This document shows positions 46,491-57,198 of a stretch of 64,000 nucleotides of DNA, piece after piece. Source of the DNA: a virus; the IMG/VR virus record IMGVR_UViG_3300017752_000004, positions 9,135 to 73,134 of that record; one strand, 5' to 3'. How positions within the stretch are numbered: the stretch's first letter is position 1; the number at the start of each line of letters is the position of its first letter. The position numbers were made by a program, and so were the translations under genes. The notes under the pieces are model-generated. The model saw only the letters and a program-made list of their open reading frames with translations. It did no database searches and was not told the origin of the DNA.

Positions 46491-47582
46491 CTAGACAGTC
46501 ACACCAACAAGAGCGCGGTTGTCAAGAACAACGCGACCTTCTTCAAGACCACCAAAGTAGCCGATCTTGTTTTGGCGGATGCTGTACTGATCGTCAGCGA
46601 TAAGGCTGAGCTCTCCACCGTTTTCGCTGTCAACAGCTACAGGGCGGATAAGAGACTCACGGCTACGGTCGATACCAACAACGATTTGATCTGAGGCAGG
46701 AGTGAAACCACCACCAGCGGCTGCGCCGTAGATAGCGTTAAACTTCTGTCCGTCACCAAACTCATTAAGCTCAATAACATTGATGCCATAGAACTCAGGA
46801 GCGCCAGCAGCACGGAATGCTTGTTCAGCAATAACGTCAGCAGTTTGTACGCTGTCTTGTGTAGAGACACCAGGAGCAGCTTTAGTGTTAATAGGATTGT
46901 AAGCGATTGCACGAAGCTCTTCAACGATTTCAGGAGAAACGATGATGTCAGTCATGCCACGGCCTTGACGAGCGTCAGCAGTACCACCTACAAAAGAAGT
47001 AACAATTCTCTTAGAGCGGGTCATAAGAGCATTGAGGTCAGCCAATGTGAAACGATTTGCTGTCTGAGCTGCGATAACGTGATTATAGCCATTTGTACTC
47101 GCATTAGCAAGAGCTTTCATAACTACGTTAGCGGAGATAGTGTTCTGCTTAAGAAGGATTTCTTGAGCAACGCGAGTCATTGTCTTAGCGACAACATCCA
47201 TGCGGCTCTTAGCAGCATAGCGGCGATCAAAGCTTACTGCAGAGTCAAGGCTATAAGTAGCGATCTTAAGTTCGGCAGATGTTGGAAGAACTTCCGAAGT
47301 AGGAAGGCCACCAGCACGGCTTTGGCTGAATACTTGAACATAATCTTCATCAGAAACGTCGAAGTACAGATCCAACGGAATCGAAGGATTGTCATCAGCG
47401 TTGTACTGAAGAGTAGTGAAGAGGTTAGACAGTGCTGGAGCATTGTTGATAACTTCTGAGAGAACAGGGCCGATAAATTCAGCAAGAGCGGTTTGTGCTT
47501 CATAAGCAACATCGCGGTTGCGAGAAGCCATTGCCTTTACCAGTTCGACTTGTTCGGGAGTGTTTTTTAAAGTGATTTTCAT
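46491..47582 (-). CDS. Major capsid protein (probable HK97 fold)
   Basis: Size and position after protease/scaffold and decoration genes; biased codon use; terminator follows. Confidence 0.75.
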   Translation of the reverse strand: MKITLKNTPEQVELVKAMASRNRDVAYEAQTALAEFIGPVLSEVINNAPALSNLFTTLQYNADDNPSIPLDLYFDVSDEDYVQVFSQSRAGGLPTSEVLPTSAELKIATYSLDSAVSFDRRYAAKSRMDVVAKTMTRVAQEILLKQNTISANVVMKALANASTNGYNHVIAAQTANRFTLADLNALMTRSKRIVTSFVGGTADARQGRGMTDIIVSPEIVEELRAIAYNPINTKAAPGVSTQDSVQTADVIAEQAFRAAGAPEFYGINVIELNEFGDGQKFNAIYGAAAGGGFTPASDQIVVGIDRSRESLIRPVAVDSENGGELSLIADDQYSIRQNKIGYFGGLEEGRVVLDNRALVGVTV

Positions 47583-47601
47583 ATTATTAAATTCCTTTGA
47601 A

Positions 47602-48222
47602 TTAACCAAGCTTAACGACTACATAGTCACCAGCAAATTGATCAGTGAGTCCGCCTTGAGAGACGCGTGAGCCAGTTCCAAGAATGACACCTAGAGAGCT
47701 AGCAGCATTTGCAGCGACTGGACCAATTGTTCCAGCGCCAGCAATTTCAAATCCAGCGCCGACTGTGAATCCAGCGGCAGCGCCTGCTTGAAGAGCGTTT
47801 TTGCTCAGAGTGAAAATACCTTTAGTTACAACAGGAACGCTTTGACCAGGAAGAATAGCTTGAAGCTCCTCTTTTTTTGTTGCGTTATAAAGGAGTTTCT
47901 CTCCATTTTCATCAGCCTTGGCAGTTTGATTCAAAGTGAGTCCTAGAGGAGCATCACCAGAAGCGCATACATTGACTTCGAGAGGGTTAGTTGGGTACAT
48001 ATCGCCGCCAACGAAAGGGTAATCTGTTTTACCAAGATAAGAGTCACTACCATAAGTAATGGTCTCTTGATTAAGATTGCCGTTTGTTACTTTAACGAAA
48101 ACGCCATTGGAACCTGCGCCGTCACCAGTGGTGGACTCAAGAACCGAAGCGGAGTTAAGAGCAAACATATTTACTACGTCATGCTCGTTATATTGTCTGA
48201 ATGGGAGTAATCTTAATGCCAT
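47602..48222 (-). CDS. Probable capsid decoration protein
   Basis: Gly/Ala-rich 206-aa protein between scaffold and capsid genes. Confidence 0.55.
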   Translation of the reverse strand: MALRLLPFRQYNEHDVVNMFALNSASVLESTTGDGAGSNGVFVKVTNGNLNQETITYGSDSYLGKTDYPFVGGDMYPTNPLEVNVCASGDAPLGLTLNQTAKADENGEKLLYNATKKEELQAILPGQSVPVVTKGIFTLSKNALQAGAAAGFTVGAGFEIAGAGTIGPVAANAASSLGVILGTGSRVSQGGLTDQFAGDYVVVKLG

Positions 48223-48245
48223 AATTTTTTTTTATTTAAATGTTT

Positions 48246-49796
48246 TTATCCAAGGACGTTTTCGCGGCTAAACGCAGCAGCGAATTTTTCCTTCAAAGTT
48301 GTTTTTGAAGCCTGAGCTTCGTTATTGTTGGGTAGAGTAGCGTCGGTAGCTTTTGCATTTTCAAGAGCTTGCTCAACATCCACTTTCTCAGCAGTAGTTT
48401 CTGCAGCAACCTCAGAGGCTTTTGCTGTGCTGAGGCGCTTTTCAATTTCTGCGTCAACGCGAGCTTTGATCTCTTGTTCAATTTCAGCTTTAGCTTCTTT
48501 GTTTTTAGATGACCAGAAAACAGCCAGCTCACTTTTAAAGGAGGCAAAGGATTCTTCAGTTTCGTCTAGGCCCTTGATTTTTTCAGCGATAAAAGAACTG
48601 TCGCTTTCTTCGATGTCGTAAATAGAATCTACTTCTTCCATGCGTGCATTAAAACGAGCGATAGCTTCTTCAGCTTTCTTCTCTGTTTCAAAACAGCCAA
48701 TGCGCTCTTGAGCTACCTTGAGTTCCTCTTTGATAGATTCTACAGATTTTTCAAGCTTTTCTCTCGCGGATGCGATTTCAGTCTTTTCTTTTTCTGCAGC
48801 CTCAAGAGAAGCTTGGTACTCACTATCTTTTTGTTTAATGGCTTCGGCAAAAGTCGAAGTCATGCCAGCGACCGCTTCTTCGGAGAATTTCTTTTCCGCG
48901 AGAGAGTCCTTCAATTCTGATAAGAGTGTTTCTAAGTCCATGATTTTAGTGTTATTTACAGTATTTTTTAAATTTTGTGAAATTTCGGCGGATATTTTTT
49001 TTAAATGAGCCGCCTGGGTTTTGTTGGAGTTGCCAACAAGTTGATCTTTATCTTGTTTAATGCCTTCTTCTTTGTACTCGTTGCTGATAACGCCTTTGAC
49101 ATTGGCCGCAGGTTTCATAGTAAAACCAATACCAAGGGGATATACTTTTCCAGTAATTAATCGGTAAACTGGGCGACCGTCCTCGGTCACTCCTTTACCC
49201 CCAAAGCTCTTAAGAACACCCTTCATTTCTTTCACTTTTTCGGGATCAGAAATAATCTCGGCATCCTTTAAATTCTTACTGCCAATAGCAATGCTGTACT
49301 CACTAAACCCTATTTCCCAACTTGCAGAGATTGTGTTATGCATTTTGTTTTTTGGGTTGGTGCTATTTTCAAGCATTGTAGCAAAATCCTTATCAGCGGT
49401 TTTATAAACAACAGCGCCAAGAGCAATATTGAATGCATCTTTTTGGTTTTCATCTAAATTGATCAAAACAGTGCTGTCTGAATAGTCGCTAAACCCAGCG
49501 TTAACAATATGGCCCACAACTTTTTTCTTATTGTGCTCTATATTAGTTGGCTTATGAATGAATTGTTGCACTGATTCAATTGCGGTTTTAGTATCAATGC
49601 CATCTCCGTTTTTATTGAACTCGTTTACAACAGCAGCGTTAAATGCGACACCAATCAAGTCGATATTTTTTTCTAGATCTACCCATGTCGGTATTAAAGA
49701 TCTAAGATTTTCAATATTAGCTTCGCTTACGTTAACTCCTGCTATTTCTTCACAGGCTTTAACTTCAAATTCGAAAGTTGTGGTATACTTATGCAT
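48246..49796 (-). CDS. Prohead protease fused to a coiled-coil scaffold
   Basis: NKNGD, KPTNIEH, SASWEIGF, PAA in the N-half; Glu/Lys/Ala coiled coil in the C-half. Confidence 0.75.
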   Translation of the reverse strand: MHKYTTTFEFEVKACEEIAGVNVSEANIENLRSLIPTWVDLEKNIDLIGVAFNAAVVNEFNKNGDGIDTKTAIESVQQFIHKPTNIEHNKKKVVGHIVNAGFSDYSDSTVLINLDENQKDAFNIALGAVVYKTADKDFATMLENSTNPKNKMHNTISASWEIGFSEYSIAIGSKNLKDAEIISDPEKVKEMKGVLKSFGGKGVTEDGRPVYRLITGKVYPLGIGFTMKPAANVKGVISNEYKEEGIKQDKDQLVGNSNKTQAAHLKKISAEISQNLKNTVNNTKIMDLETLLSELKDSLAEKKFSEEAVAGMTSTFAEAIKQKDSEYQASLEAAEKEKTEIASAREKLEKSVESIKEELKVAQERIGCFETEKKAEEAIARFNARMEEVDSIYDIEESDSSFIAEKIKGLDETEESFASFKSELAVFWSSKNKEAKAEIEQEIKARVDAEIEKRLSTAKASEVAAETTAEKVDVEQALENAKATDATLPNNNEAQASKTTLKEKFAAAFSRENVLG

Positions 49797-50109
49797 CCTT
49801 TTTCATTTTTTCAAGGATTGTTTTTTGCAAAGCTGCGGGGAGTTTTTTTTGTTTTTCTGTCAATCCGCCCTCACCGACTTCGTTCATCATAGCCCTCATT
49901 TTGTCATACTGCATCCCACAACTTTTTGCAGTGGCTCCTTCATCCATGCCTGAAGTGTCAATCAGAGCTTTGTCGTCCATAGAACAAACACTCATATATG
50001 ATTTGTACACAGATTCCTCTGTTTCGCTGTATTTTTTAGCAATCGAGATTTCTAAATCTCCGTTAGAGCGATTTATATTCGCCACGAGTGGGGTTTTAAT
50101 TTCTTTCAT
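49789..50109 (-). CDS. Hypothetical protein
   Basis: Translationally coupled between portal and protease. Confidence 0.6.
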   Translation of the reverse strand: MKEIKTPLVANINRSNGDLEISIAKKYSETEESVYKSYMSVCSMDDKALIDTSGMDEGATAKSCGMQYDKMRAMMNEVGEGGLTEKQKKLPAALQKTILEKMKKDA

Positions 50110-52058
50110 TTTGAATGGTGTAAAATTGCTGAAGGGTAAATCTCTAATCTGTGCGCTTCTGAAATACTAAGTACGCCTTCCAGTGAGCCTAGTTTTTCGA
50201 TTTCACTAAAATCATTTACACAAGAAGCAACGGTTTCTGTCCAATTTTCTTTTTCCGATGCGCAAATAACAGATTCGCATAATTGGCTTATCATTTTTTC
50301 TTGGTTTTCGTTAAGAGATTCTATGTTTAGTTTTTCTAGCATTTTTTCTTTAGCTATAGAGTTCAATGCTTCTATTTCATAAATAGTGCCTTGTATATTT
50401 TCCCTAGAAAACTGATCTTTTGAACCTTCTGGGCGACCCGACATACCTTTTGTTGGGTTGCTGTTTTTTGCTGACTCCTCTTCATCAGTTTCTGGATCAA
50501 TCATAGGAACTCCGCCAACTATTGGGTTGAAATAACCCTTTTCTCTTTGTTCTACAAATTTTTGTTGAGCTTTTTCTAGATTTTCCGCTAATGGAAATTT
50601 ACCAGTTTGAAAGAGTTCCATTCCTTGTTCTGCGGTAATAAGACCAAGCTCCATAAGCCTTGTGGCGACTCTCATTAATTGAGTTTCGTCACGCAAATCT
50701 ATATCTTTAAACTTGACAGTTGGGTAGGATCTAAAACCCAAGTCTAAAGCAATTCTACGAATTTCTGGCTGCAAAAAGTCTTGGATAAATGCCTCACGAG
50801 CTTCCTTGAGTCTGTCCAGAAATACACGAGTTTTCATTTCAGCGCCATTGTACTTATCGTCATTCAGCGCTATATTTTGTAAGCCATCTTTGATGTCTTG
50901 ATTGATAACTTCGTACTTGCCAGGACCAACCACCTTATTAATATCTGGAATAACAAAATCTGCTTTTGTTGTGTAGTCGGAAACTAAAACGCGGCCAACA
51001 GATTCGTTTTGAAAAAGAGTCTGCATGGCCTTCACGTTATTGGGATTAATGCCTCCTTTATCTGGCTCCGCACCCATTGTGATCATAAGGATTACGTTTT
51101 CAACCGTCCTCATGATAGCTTGGTCCATCTTCTTCATTTCCATCTTTGCGTTTATGTCTTCAAGAACTGGATAACCGAACGGGATAGCAAATGGTTCGTA
51201 ATCTTGTTTCTTGTAAAAACTATAAGACATTTTTTCGCTTTTTAAATTTATCTGAAGCCCGTCTTTAAAATAAGCGCCGCCCTTAATTTGCTCTTTGACT
51301 TCTGGGTCTAAGGCGTCAAAAACAGCCTTGTCATAATCGTTTTTAGGACTAGCTAATCTTTCTATATCGAACTCAGAGAGGATTTTTGCGTAACCTCCAT
51401 CTTTTGTGTTGAATACGGTGCTGCGCTTGGCTACTATTTCGAAAGGATTCAAAACAACATATTTTAATGGGAACTTATTTAAAGAAGGCCCATCTGACAT
51501 GGTTTGAGAAAACTTTTTATAATCTTCTATATTGAATTTGCCGTCCACTCTATATAGGAAAATATTTCCACTTCTATAATACTCTCTAAAGTACTGATCT
51601 TTAAGATCCCAAATTTTAATCCGATCAAGAAGCTTTTCGAAAAATTTTCTAGAAGTTGAGTTGCCTCCTTCTAAATAGAGTTCTGCGTTCGCGAACTCAG
51701 ACATCATATCAATAGTATTTCTAAAGATAGGCACATTAGCATAAGCCTTTTGGCAGAGTTCAATAGCGTCCCTAACATTAGCTCCATCAGAAGCCATTTC
51801 GTAGGGGAGCATCCCAGCTCTTATTTGACTAAACTTGTTCATGGGAGCCGTAACAGAAGACCTGTTTATTCTTGCGCTTGTAGTGGACGATGAGAGATTA
51901 CTCACAGAGCCAGATCGATTGTACGACCCCTGAGAAACATGGTATGCCTCGCCCATTGTAGCAGGCTCGACCACTTCTTGAAAATTTGGAGCCTCTGGGG
52001 CAACCCTTTTAAAGTTGTTCCAATAATCGGATTTTTTTGTGTATTTTCTTTTGGGCAT
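50106..52058 (-). CDS. Portal protein
   Basis: 650 aa directly after terL; FRNTIDMM, REYYRSGNIF, YEPFAIP. Confidence 0.75.
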   Translation of the reverse strand: MPKRKYTKKSDYWNNFKRVAPEAPNFQEVVEPATMGEAYHVSQGSYNRSGSVSNLSSSTTSARINRSSVTAPMNKFSQIRAGMLPYEMASDGANVRDAIELCQKAYANVPIFRNTIDMMSEFANAELYLEGGNSTSRKFFEKLLDRIKIWDLKDQYFREYYRSGNIFLYRVDGKFNIEDYKKFSQTMSDGPSLNKFPLKYVVLNPFEIVAKRSTVFNTKDGGYAKILSEFDIERLASPKNDYDKAVFDALDPEVKEQIKGGAYFKDGLQINLKSEKMSYSFYKKQDYEPFAIPFGYPVLEDINAKMEMKKMDQAIMRTVENVILMITMGAEPDKGGINPNNVKAMQTLFQNESVGRVLVSDYTTKADFVIPDINKVVGPGKYEVINQDIKDGLQNIALNDDKYNGAEMKTRVFLDRLKEAREAFIQDFLQPEIRRIALDLGFRSYPTVKFKDIDLRDETQLMRVATRLMELGLITAEQGMELFQTGKFPLAENLEKAQQKFVEQREKGYFNPIVGGVPMIDPETDEEESAKNSNPTKGMSGRPEGSKDQFSRENIQGTIYEIEALNSIAKEKMLEKLNIESLNENQEKMISQLCESVICASEKENWTETVASCVNDFSEIEKLGSLEGVLSISEAHRLEIYPSAILHHSK

Positions 52059-52110
52059 GATGTATTATAAGTTACTTTACACAATTTAAAAGTCACTTTT
52101 TTAACTTTTT

Positions 52111-55100
52111 TTAAATAAACATAGGAGTGAAGCCGTAATTGGTTTCCTCTGGCGTGTCCATCATGTCGTAATATATGTTCATTCCCCAGTTGCCTAATAC
52201 TAGAGCTGAATAAGAATCCTTTCTTGGTCTATCCACCCCCTTCTGTCTTTTTAAGTTGCTTGGTAAATCAAAACTTTGAGTACCGCCATTAGAACTAGAA
52301 ACTTGAATCAAAGCACATTCAGCCTTCGTTAAGTCGATCATGTCTTTCTGGTGTTCGATAAATTCAATCATTTTTGCGCCAGCATTCTTTTCATCTTCGT
52401 ATTTAGAGAATTTTAAATCTTTTATTGGTATTTTTTTAGCTCTCTGCATCGAATAATTGTCATCCATAGCTGTGGCTGCAAAATAAAGTTTTTTCCTATC
52501 GAAAGCGGTCTGCAACATTTCGTTACCATTTCTAATCCAAACAGAAGTTGGTTTTCTTAAGTAACAAATAGTTTTATTTGATACATTATAACCTCTCCTC
52601 GCCTCTTTTAGATCTTTTACATAATCATGCGGGTTATCTAAACCAGCATCAAACATACCTATTTCTAGTTTATCTTTCTTAAATAAATCGCTTTCGTTAC
52701 AAGAATTCATAAATTGTACGCCGCCGTTATAGTCACCCACAATCATAATTACATTAAAATGATCAATAATGTATTTAAAGTAAGTCATATGCTTTTTTAA
52801 GTTCGTTCCAGGAAGAGCGTAGCTATGTACTACAACGCCTTTTTTCGTTTCTGGTATTAGCTTAATAACCTGCATAGCAAAATCATCAGAAGCTTCAGAT
52901 TCGGACCATGATGGGTCAAACGCTAGTATGTATTCGGAACCCTCTTCTCCCGCTACCTCAACTGCTGGAGATTCACCATCTTCGATAGTGCATTCAGACA
53001 TCTTACTTATCTTGAAATAACCAGCGCTGTCATCTGTAAATTGAGCATTAAACTCTCGATCAATTTGAGACTGACTCATAGTTCCCCTTGCTTGGGTGAT
53101 AAGATTTTCATCATACAAAGCCTTTGGAGCGCAATCATAGCTAAACTGCATAATACATCTTCTGCCTTGGTTTTTAGCACCAGGATTAAAGATCATATTT
53201 TCATAAGCCTGATACATTTTATATAAATATTCAAACTTGTAAGATGCTGACGAAAGCCCTATCATTTTATTAGAAGGCCATTCTGTGCGTTCCTCCTCTG
53301 TCATTTTGCCAGCAGCAATCATAGCATCTTCCGCATCGCTAATTTTTTGTCTTTCTTGTGGGTTTTCTACAACAGCCAAGAAAGGCATAATAACTTCGTT
53401 CAAAACTTTTTCTGGCATAAGCAAAAGCTCATCAACAATGATTCTTTGAAAACGGAAACCACGAAGTTTTTCGCCATCGCCAAGAGGTAGGGCTGTGATT
53501 CTGCTCTTGCCGATCTGCATCGACCACTCATCATTTGATTTGCTAACCTTACCTATACATTGTCTAAATAATTCTGCTTTTTTATCTAGAGATATATCTT
53601 CAATTTTACGGAAAATCATTTTTGATTGCCGAAAAGATTTAGAGATAATACCTATATGAACCCCTTGGTTTAGCATAGCGTCTAGCAAGGCAAAAATACC
53701 CGTAGAAAATGAATTATGATTAACGATTCCATCGCTAATGTAACAATGTTTATTTTCGACAGTGATATCTACCGTTACAGCTTTTGACTCTTCTATAGAT
53801 TCCACTTTGGATAAAAACAAATTATCCTCCAAAACCCATTCCAAGTCTTTTTCTAGTAGTTCGCGGTCAATAGCTTGTTTGATTTTAAGCTTAGACATAT
53901 TAGGCGTAAATACAACACCTTCTTTTGATTTAGCTTTATGTAATTTTGCTAAATAGCACCCTACAAGCGGCAAATACTCACAAGGCTCAAAGGTTTTATT
54001 GTCCAATAATTCTTTTAGCTTGGCTTGTTTTCTATTTATGTTGAATCCAATTCTTTCATAAAATGCTCGGACATCTAAAGAATTTGTTACTCTGACAGAC
54101 CACGCTTTGCGACATTCATGTTCTCCTGTTTGAAATTTGGAAACACCACCCTTAAAACTAATTTTATTAGTTCCAACAATACTGAATTGCAGAAGTAGAT
54201 TGTGAACTTGGTTTGCTAATGTTTTACTCGTGCTTGTGAATCCAATCCTACCAGTAATTGAATTTTTCTTTTTATTTCTTGTTATAGAGGAATAACCATC
54301 AGTGTCAAACAGACCCTTAATTAACTCAGCCAAACATTCCTGAGAATTATCTAATAAAATTTCGGGTATAATTTTTTCATAAGCTAAAACTTTTTTAAAT
54401 CCTAAATGAGTTAGTAAAAAATACAATTCCTTAGAATATAATCTAAAGTCTTTATTATTGCCTATTTTAGACAAATGAATATTTAGTCTTTCAGAAAACT
54501 TTGAAAGAAATGTTTTAGTTTCTTCGTCTATGGATGTTATATTAATGCCGTAAGGTTTTTCTAACATACATCCATCTCCTATAAGCAATCCAAAAAAGTA
54601 GTACCACTCTTTTAAGCTAGGGCCATAAATATTGAGTTCTTTAGGCTTGTTGTTGTTTTTAACATCATTTTGAAATTTAAACCCATCGAATATATTTTTT
54701 TGAATTTTATTAAGACCAAAGTCTTTTCTACACATCAAGTGCTCTCCTTCGGCGATATCCTTAGAGAATTTCCACACCTTTTCCAAGTCCTTTGTTAAAA
54801 CCAAAACTCTGTGATAATCTAATCCCTCTGAAATAAACCCATGCTGAGTAGTTATTTTATATGTCTTGTCTTCATCGTTTACCGTTTTGTTGATAACTTT
54901 TTGAAGGCTGCCATCTTCTGTATAAACCTTATCTCCAATGTTTAAATCTATGATTTTTTTTAATCCCCGCTCTGACCACACTAAAGATTCGTAATGGCTG
55001 CACTTAGACATACCACGCGACCATATACCTAAAAAGTAATCATTCTCCATCATAGCCTTTACAGCCATGTGTTGGAAAGGGAACAATTCAACGCCAGTCA

Positions 55101-55251
55101 TAAGCTCTGTTGTGAATGTAACGTTCTCTTTTAAAAACTTGTACAAGTAATACTTAGCCTTGTTATCCTCAAGATAGCCATCAAGATCTAAAATCTGTTT
55201 ATTTGTATCCTCCCTATCTAGCGGTTTTTGATTTCCCGTATCCCAACTCAT
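52111..55251 (-). CDS. terL: Terminase large subunit, intein-containing
   Basis: LFPFQ, Walker A SRGMSK/S, RGFR, IIVDE, LSSA, AFDPS, RKDSYSA. Confidence 0.92.
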   Translation of the reverse strand: MSWDTGNQKPLDREDTNKQILDLDGYLEDNKAKYYLYKFLKENVTFTTELMTGVELFPFQHMAVKAMMENDYFLGIWSRGMSKCSHYESLVWSERGLKKIIDLNIGDKVYTEDGSLQKVINKTVNDEDKTYKITTQHGFISEGLDYHRVLVLTKDLEKVWKFSKDIAEGEHLMCRKDFGLNKIQKNIFDGFKFQNDVKNNNKPKELNIYGPSLKEWYYFFGLLIGDGCMLEKPYGINITSIDEETKTFLSKFSERLNIHLSKIGNNKDFRLYSKELYFLLTHLGFKKVLAYEKIIPEILLDNSQECLAELIKGLFDTDGYSSITRNKKKNSITGRIGFTSTSKTLANQVHNLLLQFSIVGTNKISFKGGVSKFQTGEHECRKAWSVRVTNSLDVRAFYERIGFNINRKQAKLKELLDNKTFEPCEYLPLVGCYLAKLHKAKSKEGVVFTPNMSKLKIKQAIDRELLEKDLEWVLEDNLFLSKVESIEESKAVTVDITVENKHCYISDGIVNHNSFSTGIFALLDAMLNQGVHIGIISKSFRQSKMIFRKIEDISLDKKAELFRQCIGKVSKSNDEWSMQIGKSRITALPLGDGEKLRGFRFQRIIVDELLLMPEKVLNEVIMPFLAVVENPQERQKISDAEDAMIAAGKMTEEERTEWPSNKMIGLSSASYKFEYLYKMYQAYENMIFNPGAKNQGRRCIMQFSYDCAPKALYDENLITQARGTMSQSQIDREFNAQFTDDSAGYFKISKMSECTIEDGESPAVEVAGEEGSEYILAFDPSWSESEASDDFAMQVIKLIPETKKGVVVHSYALPGTNLKKHMTYFKYIIDHFNVIMIVGDYNGGVQFMNSCNESDLFKKDKLEIGMFDAGLDNPHDYVKDLKEARRGYNVSNKTICYLRKPTSVWIRNGNEMLQTAFDRKKLYFAATAMDDNYSMQRAKKIPIKDLKFSKYEDEKNAGAKMIEFIEHQKDMIDLTKAECALIQVSSSNGGTQSFDLPSNLKRQKGVDRPRKDSYSALVLGNWGMNIYYDMMDTPEETNYGFTPMFI
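53713..55002 (-). mobile_element. Intein (430 aa) with LAGLIDADG endonuclease in the terL Walker A
   Basis: Starts CSHYES, FGLLIGDG, IKGLFDTDG, TVDITV, ends NHN before Ser. Confidence 0.92.
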
Positions 55252-56165
55252 ATTTGCTCCTTATCTAAAAAATATTGTACATCTACATCCCAAAGCTTGT
55301 CACCTAAATACAAAAGCTTTGGAATAATTTCTTCGCTATGCGCCCTGTTGTTAGTAAAAATAAATTGACAATTCCCAGCGAACTCGTGCTGGATTGAAAT
55401 CATATTAGAGAATACCCAACTCAGTTTTGGCGCTCTTCTACCTCTTGTAAAAACAGCTTCCTTTTCAATTGCTTTTATTGATTTTTCTATAACTATATAC
55501 ATGTAACTATCAAGCTCTACGCATCTTTTCATTTCTTTCCTGAACCTATCAACCTGCCCACCAAAGGTGGATAAAAAATCGCCAGAACTCTTTCTGTCTA
55601 CAAATGTATTAGAAAAATCCTTACCACCTAATGTATAATCTCCAAAATCTAATTTTAAAATTTGGGATTTGGGAAATTCTAATGGCTGTTGCTCTCTAGT
55701 GTCGATTAACACTTCGACATCAACATCTTCTTTAAATTCTTTAGGCATACCTTTGTAAAATATTGGTTTAGCCCCCATTGCATCGCAAGCTTTTGTGTAT
55801 GTGCCAAAATGCTCTTTAAAAACATCTAAGTCTGGCAATTGTTTTTTTAAAAGTTCAAGATGGAATGGTGCATTTTTATAATTCTTTTGTTTGATTCTTC
55901 TTTTGGTTAATTCAATTATATATTTTTTAACCTCAGTGGGGTCGGATTTTTTGCACCAAGCAACTAATTGAGACCTATTAATAAAATCATTCTCAAAATA
56001 TTCTTCTTTCTTCTTAAACGGGAGAGGGTTACCATTAAGCTTATTGAAACGCGGGTAATGTTTCACATAGTAATCTGCCACATAAATTTTATGAGCTTTG
56101 AGATGTCCATGTAGGGATTTTTCAGAAGTGAATTCTAATCCGCATTCTTTGCATTTATAAGACAT
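55248..56165 (-). CDS. C2H2 zinc finger plus ERCC4 nuclease
   Basis: CKECG..F.....L..HLKAH; IDTREQQP, GDY, DRKS, VIE. Confidence 0.85.
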   Translation of the reverse strand: MSYKCKECGLEFTSEKSLHGHLKAHKIYVADYYVKHYPRFNKLNGNPLPFKKKEEYFENDFINRSQLVAWCKKSDPTEVKKYIIELTKRRIKQKNYKNAPFHLELLKKQLPDLDVFKEHFGTYTKACDAMGAKPIFYKGMPKEFKEDVDVEVLIDTREQQPLEFPKSQILKLDFGDYTLGGKDFSNTFVDRKSSGDFLSTFGGQVDRFRKEMKRCVELDSYMYIVIEKSIKAIEKEAVFTRGRRAPKLSWVFSNMISIQHEFAGNCQFIFTNNRAHSEEIIPKLLYLGDKLWDVDVQYFLDKEQI

Positions 56166-57198
56166 CTTCAATTCCAATCCCTAGGACTCTCGCCTTCCAA
56201 GCAGCCATTCCTTCTAGACGCTCGGCTTCTTTTTTGATTACTTGTTTTTGCATTTCAGCTATCTTGACCATGTTTTTTCTTTCTTCTTCTTCTTGGAATA
56301 ATTGGACAATAGCTAAAAACGAAGCTGTATCCTTTTGTTGATTTGCTAAACGCGCACCACGGTCGCCCTGAAGCTTCTTTGTTAAGTTTTCGATGCGAGT
56401 TTCACACTGGTGGTATTCAGAGCTTTTAGCTTTAATAATTTCAGCTAATCTGACTGTCATCTCATCTTGGTCAGCATTATCAAACATTTCGTTTAACTTC
56501 TGCAAATGGCCAGTGATTAATTCTAGATTAATGATTTCCTTAGCCACATTCATATACAGATTTAATTCGTCCGCAGTTAAGTCTGGCTTATCCCAAGTAA
56601 GTCGTATAAATTCCTGCTCAAACAGCTCTTTATCTCTGGGGTTGATATAATTATTAACAATAGCAACAAATCTAGAATTACTAAGATTTATTCGCAACTT
56701 ATCGCAACAAGTGCGCGCTGTTCTAGATAGCTTTCCGTCTTCCAGCCCGAAGCCAGTTGAGTCGTTGATCTTTTTAATTAATCTGGAGATAGCTTGTGGT
56801 GCAATGTAGTTTCCAGAAGAATCTTGGCCTTTTTCTTTTTCCTCTTCTCTTTCTTGGTTGACCAGCTCGTTAATAACACGCCACTCCTTAGATAGCCTCT
56901 TGGTTTTTCTATTGAATATTATATCAGCTATTTCGGACGTATTCATGCCGTCCATCTTGAGTTCTTCGATTTCAGATAATTGCTCTTCTGTAAGATTTAT
57001 GTCTTCCGCCTTATTGTGCTTCGTTGTTTTTGCTTGGTAGCCGTTTTTTGCTAGAAACTTTGTAACCGTACGACCTTCTTTGGATCGCCCATCAAGCTTA
57101 TCATCTTTAAACACAGCTCTCGTTATATTTATGATATTAGGGTCAGACCTAAAACTTTTTAATATTAAATCTTTTTGTTCTTCGGATAAATCTATCAT
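56155..57198 (-). CDS. HTH/coiled-coil protein, possible terminase small subunit
   Basis: GMNTSEIADIIF HTH-like segment, coiled-coil C-terminus, two genes upstream of terL. Confidence 0.4.
   Translation of the reverse strand: MIDLSEEQKDLILKSFRSDPNIINITRAVFKDDKLDGRSKEGRTVTKFLAKNGYQAKTTKHNKAEDINLTEEQLSEIEELKMDGMNTSEIADIIFNRKTKRLSKEWRVINELVNQEREEEKEKGQDSSGNYIAPQAISRLIKKINDSTGFGLEDGKLSRTARTCCDKLRINLSNSRFVAIVNNYINPRDKELFEQEFIRLTWDKPDLTADELNLYMNVAKEIINLELITGHLQKLNEMFDNADQDEMTVRLAEIIKAKSSEYHQCETRIENLTKKLQGDRGARLANQQKDTASFLAIVQLFQEEEERKNMVKIAEMQKQVIKKEAERLEGMAAWKARVLGIGIEDVL

Noticed and set aside
46637-47512. Antisense and alternate-frame ORFs over the capsid gene
   Set aside because: Expected from strong codon bias; no start signals or motifs.
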